From: Caecitellus pseudoparvulus
Lineage: Eukaryota; Protista; Bigyra: Bicosoecida
Assembly (NCBI GenBank): GCA_965644315.1
Contig: CBFFRQ010000040.1
Span: 248,001-312,000 of the forward strand
Length of the DNA: 64,000 bases
Direction: 5' to 3'
The position numbers and the translations under genes were made by a program. The first letter of the stretch is position 1, and every line of letters begins with the position of its first letter. The notes beneath the pieces are model-generated. The model was not told where the DNA came from, searched no databases, and worked only from the letters and a program-made list of their open reading frames with translations. Below, in pieces: positions 63,737 to 64,000 of the stretch.

Positions 63737-64000
63737 ATGTTGGCGTTGAGGCAAGCTGCCGCCAGGCTTCGCCTGGGCGGGCAGCGCTCCTTTCTGGCTG
63801 CGGCTACTGCAGCACGGCGGCTACCAAGAATGACCTCGTGCGTGAGAGTGTGCATGGCGAGTTTGCCGTGCTTGTGCTCTCAGCCTTTCGCTCACCTGAT
63901 CGCCGCAGTGAAATGGCGTTTCAGTGGCGAAACTCTCCCTCCGCCGCCACTCCGTTCCGGCGCGGCATCAGCAGCATGCATGGCATTGATGTGACAAGCG
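63737..64000 (+). CDS. 5' end of a probable mitochondrial protein (runs off the window end)
   Basis: Presequence MLALRQAAARLRLGGQRSFLAAATAARRL, likely intron about 63838-63908, then SEMAFQWRNSPSAATPFRRGISSMHGIDVTS. Product not identifiable. Confidence 0.55.

Overview
This is eukaryotic nuclear DNA: GC-rich, extremely gene-dense, with short spliceosomal introns. A flagellated protist, possibly stramenopile-like, is inferred from gene content only. About 27 protein-coding genes can be read. They include an LRR protein (partial), a P4-ATPase flippase, a 3R-MYB, RsmI, an ABCB half-transporter, DUF1415, a Sel1-repeat protein, a 48-aa repeat protein, a pallidin-like protein, a MINDY-3/4 deubiquitinase, NDUFAF6, GDP-glucose phosphorylase, a D-serine dehydratase-family enzyme, the meiotic helicase MER3/HFM1, a degenerate SET protein, a Frizzled-CRD protein, a Kelch membrane protein, a PWI/SRRM1-like factor, a dynein light chain and a TBC RabGAP. 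No rRNA, tRNA, CRISPR array or mobile element was recognised. The most striking structure is a head-to-head pair of ~2000-aa surface receptors (46334-52612 minus, 53549-59557 plus). Their RCC1-like/LRR/8xIPT/FN3 ectodomains are collinear but deeply diverged. Their Cys-rich and multi-TM modules form a 1646-bp, roughly 98.5% identical inverted repeat with a sharp edge, suggesting a variable-ectodomain/constant-cassette receptor locus kept by gene conversion and possibly invertible. Exon boundaries were read by eye.
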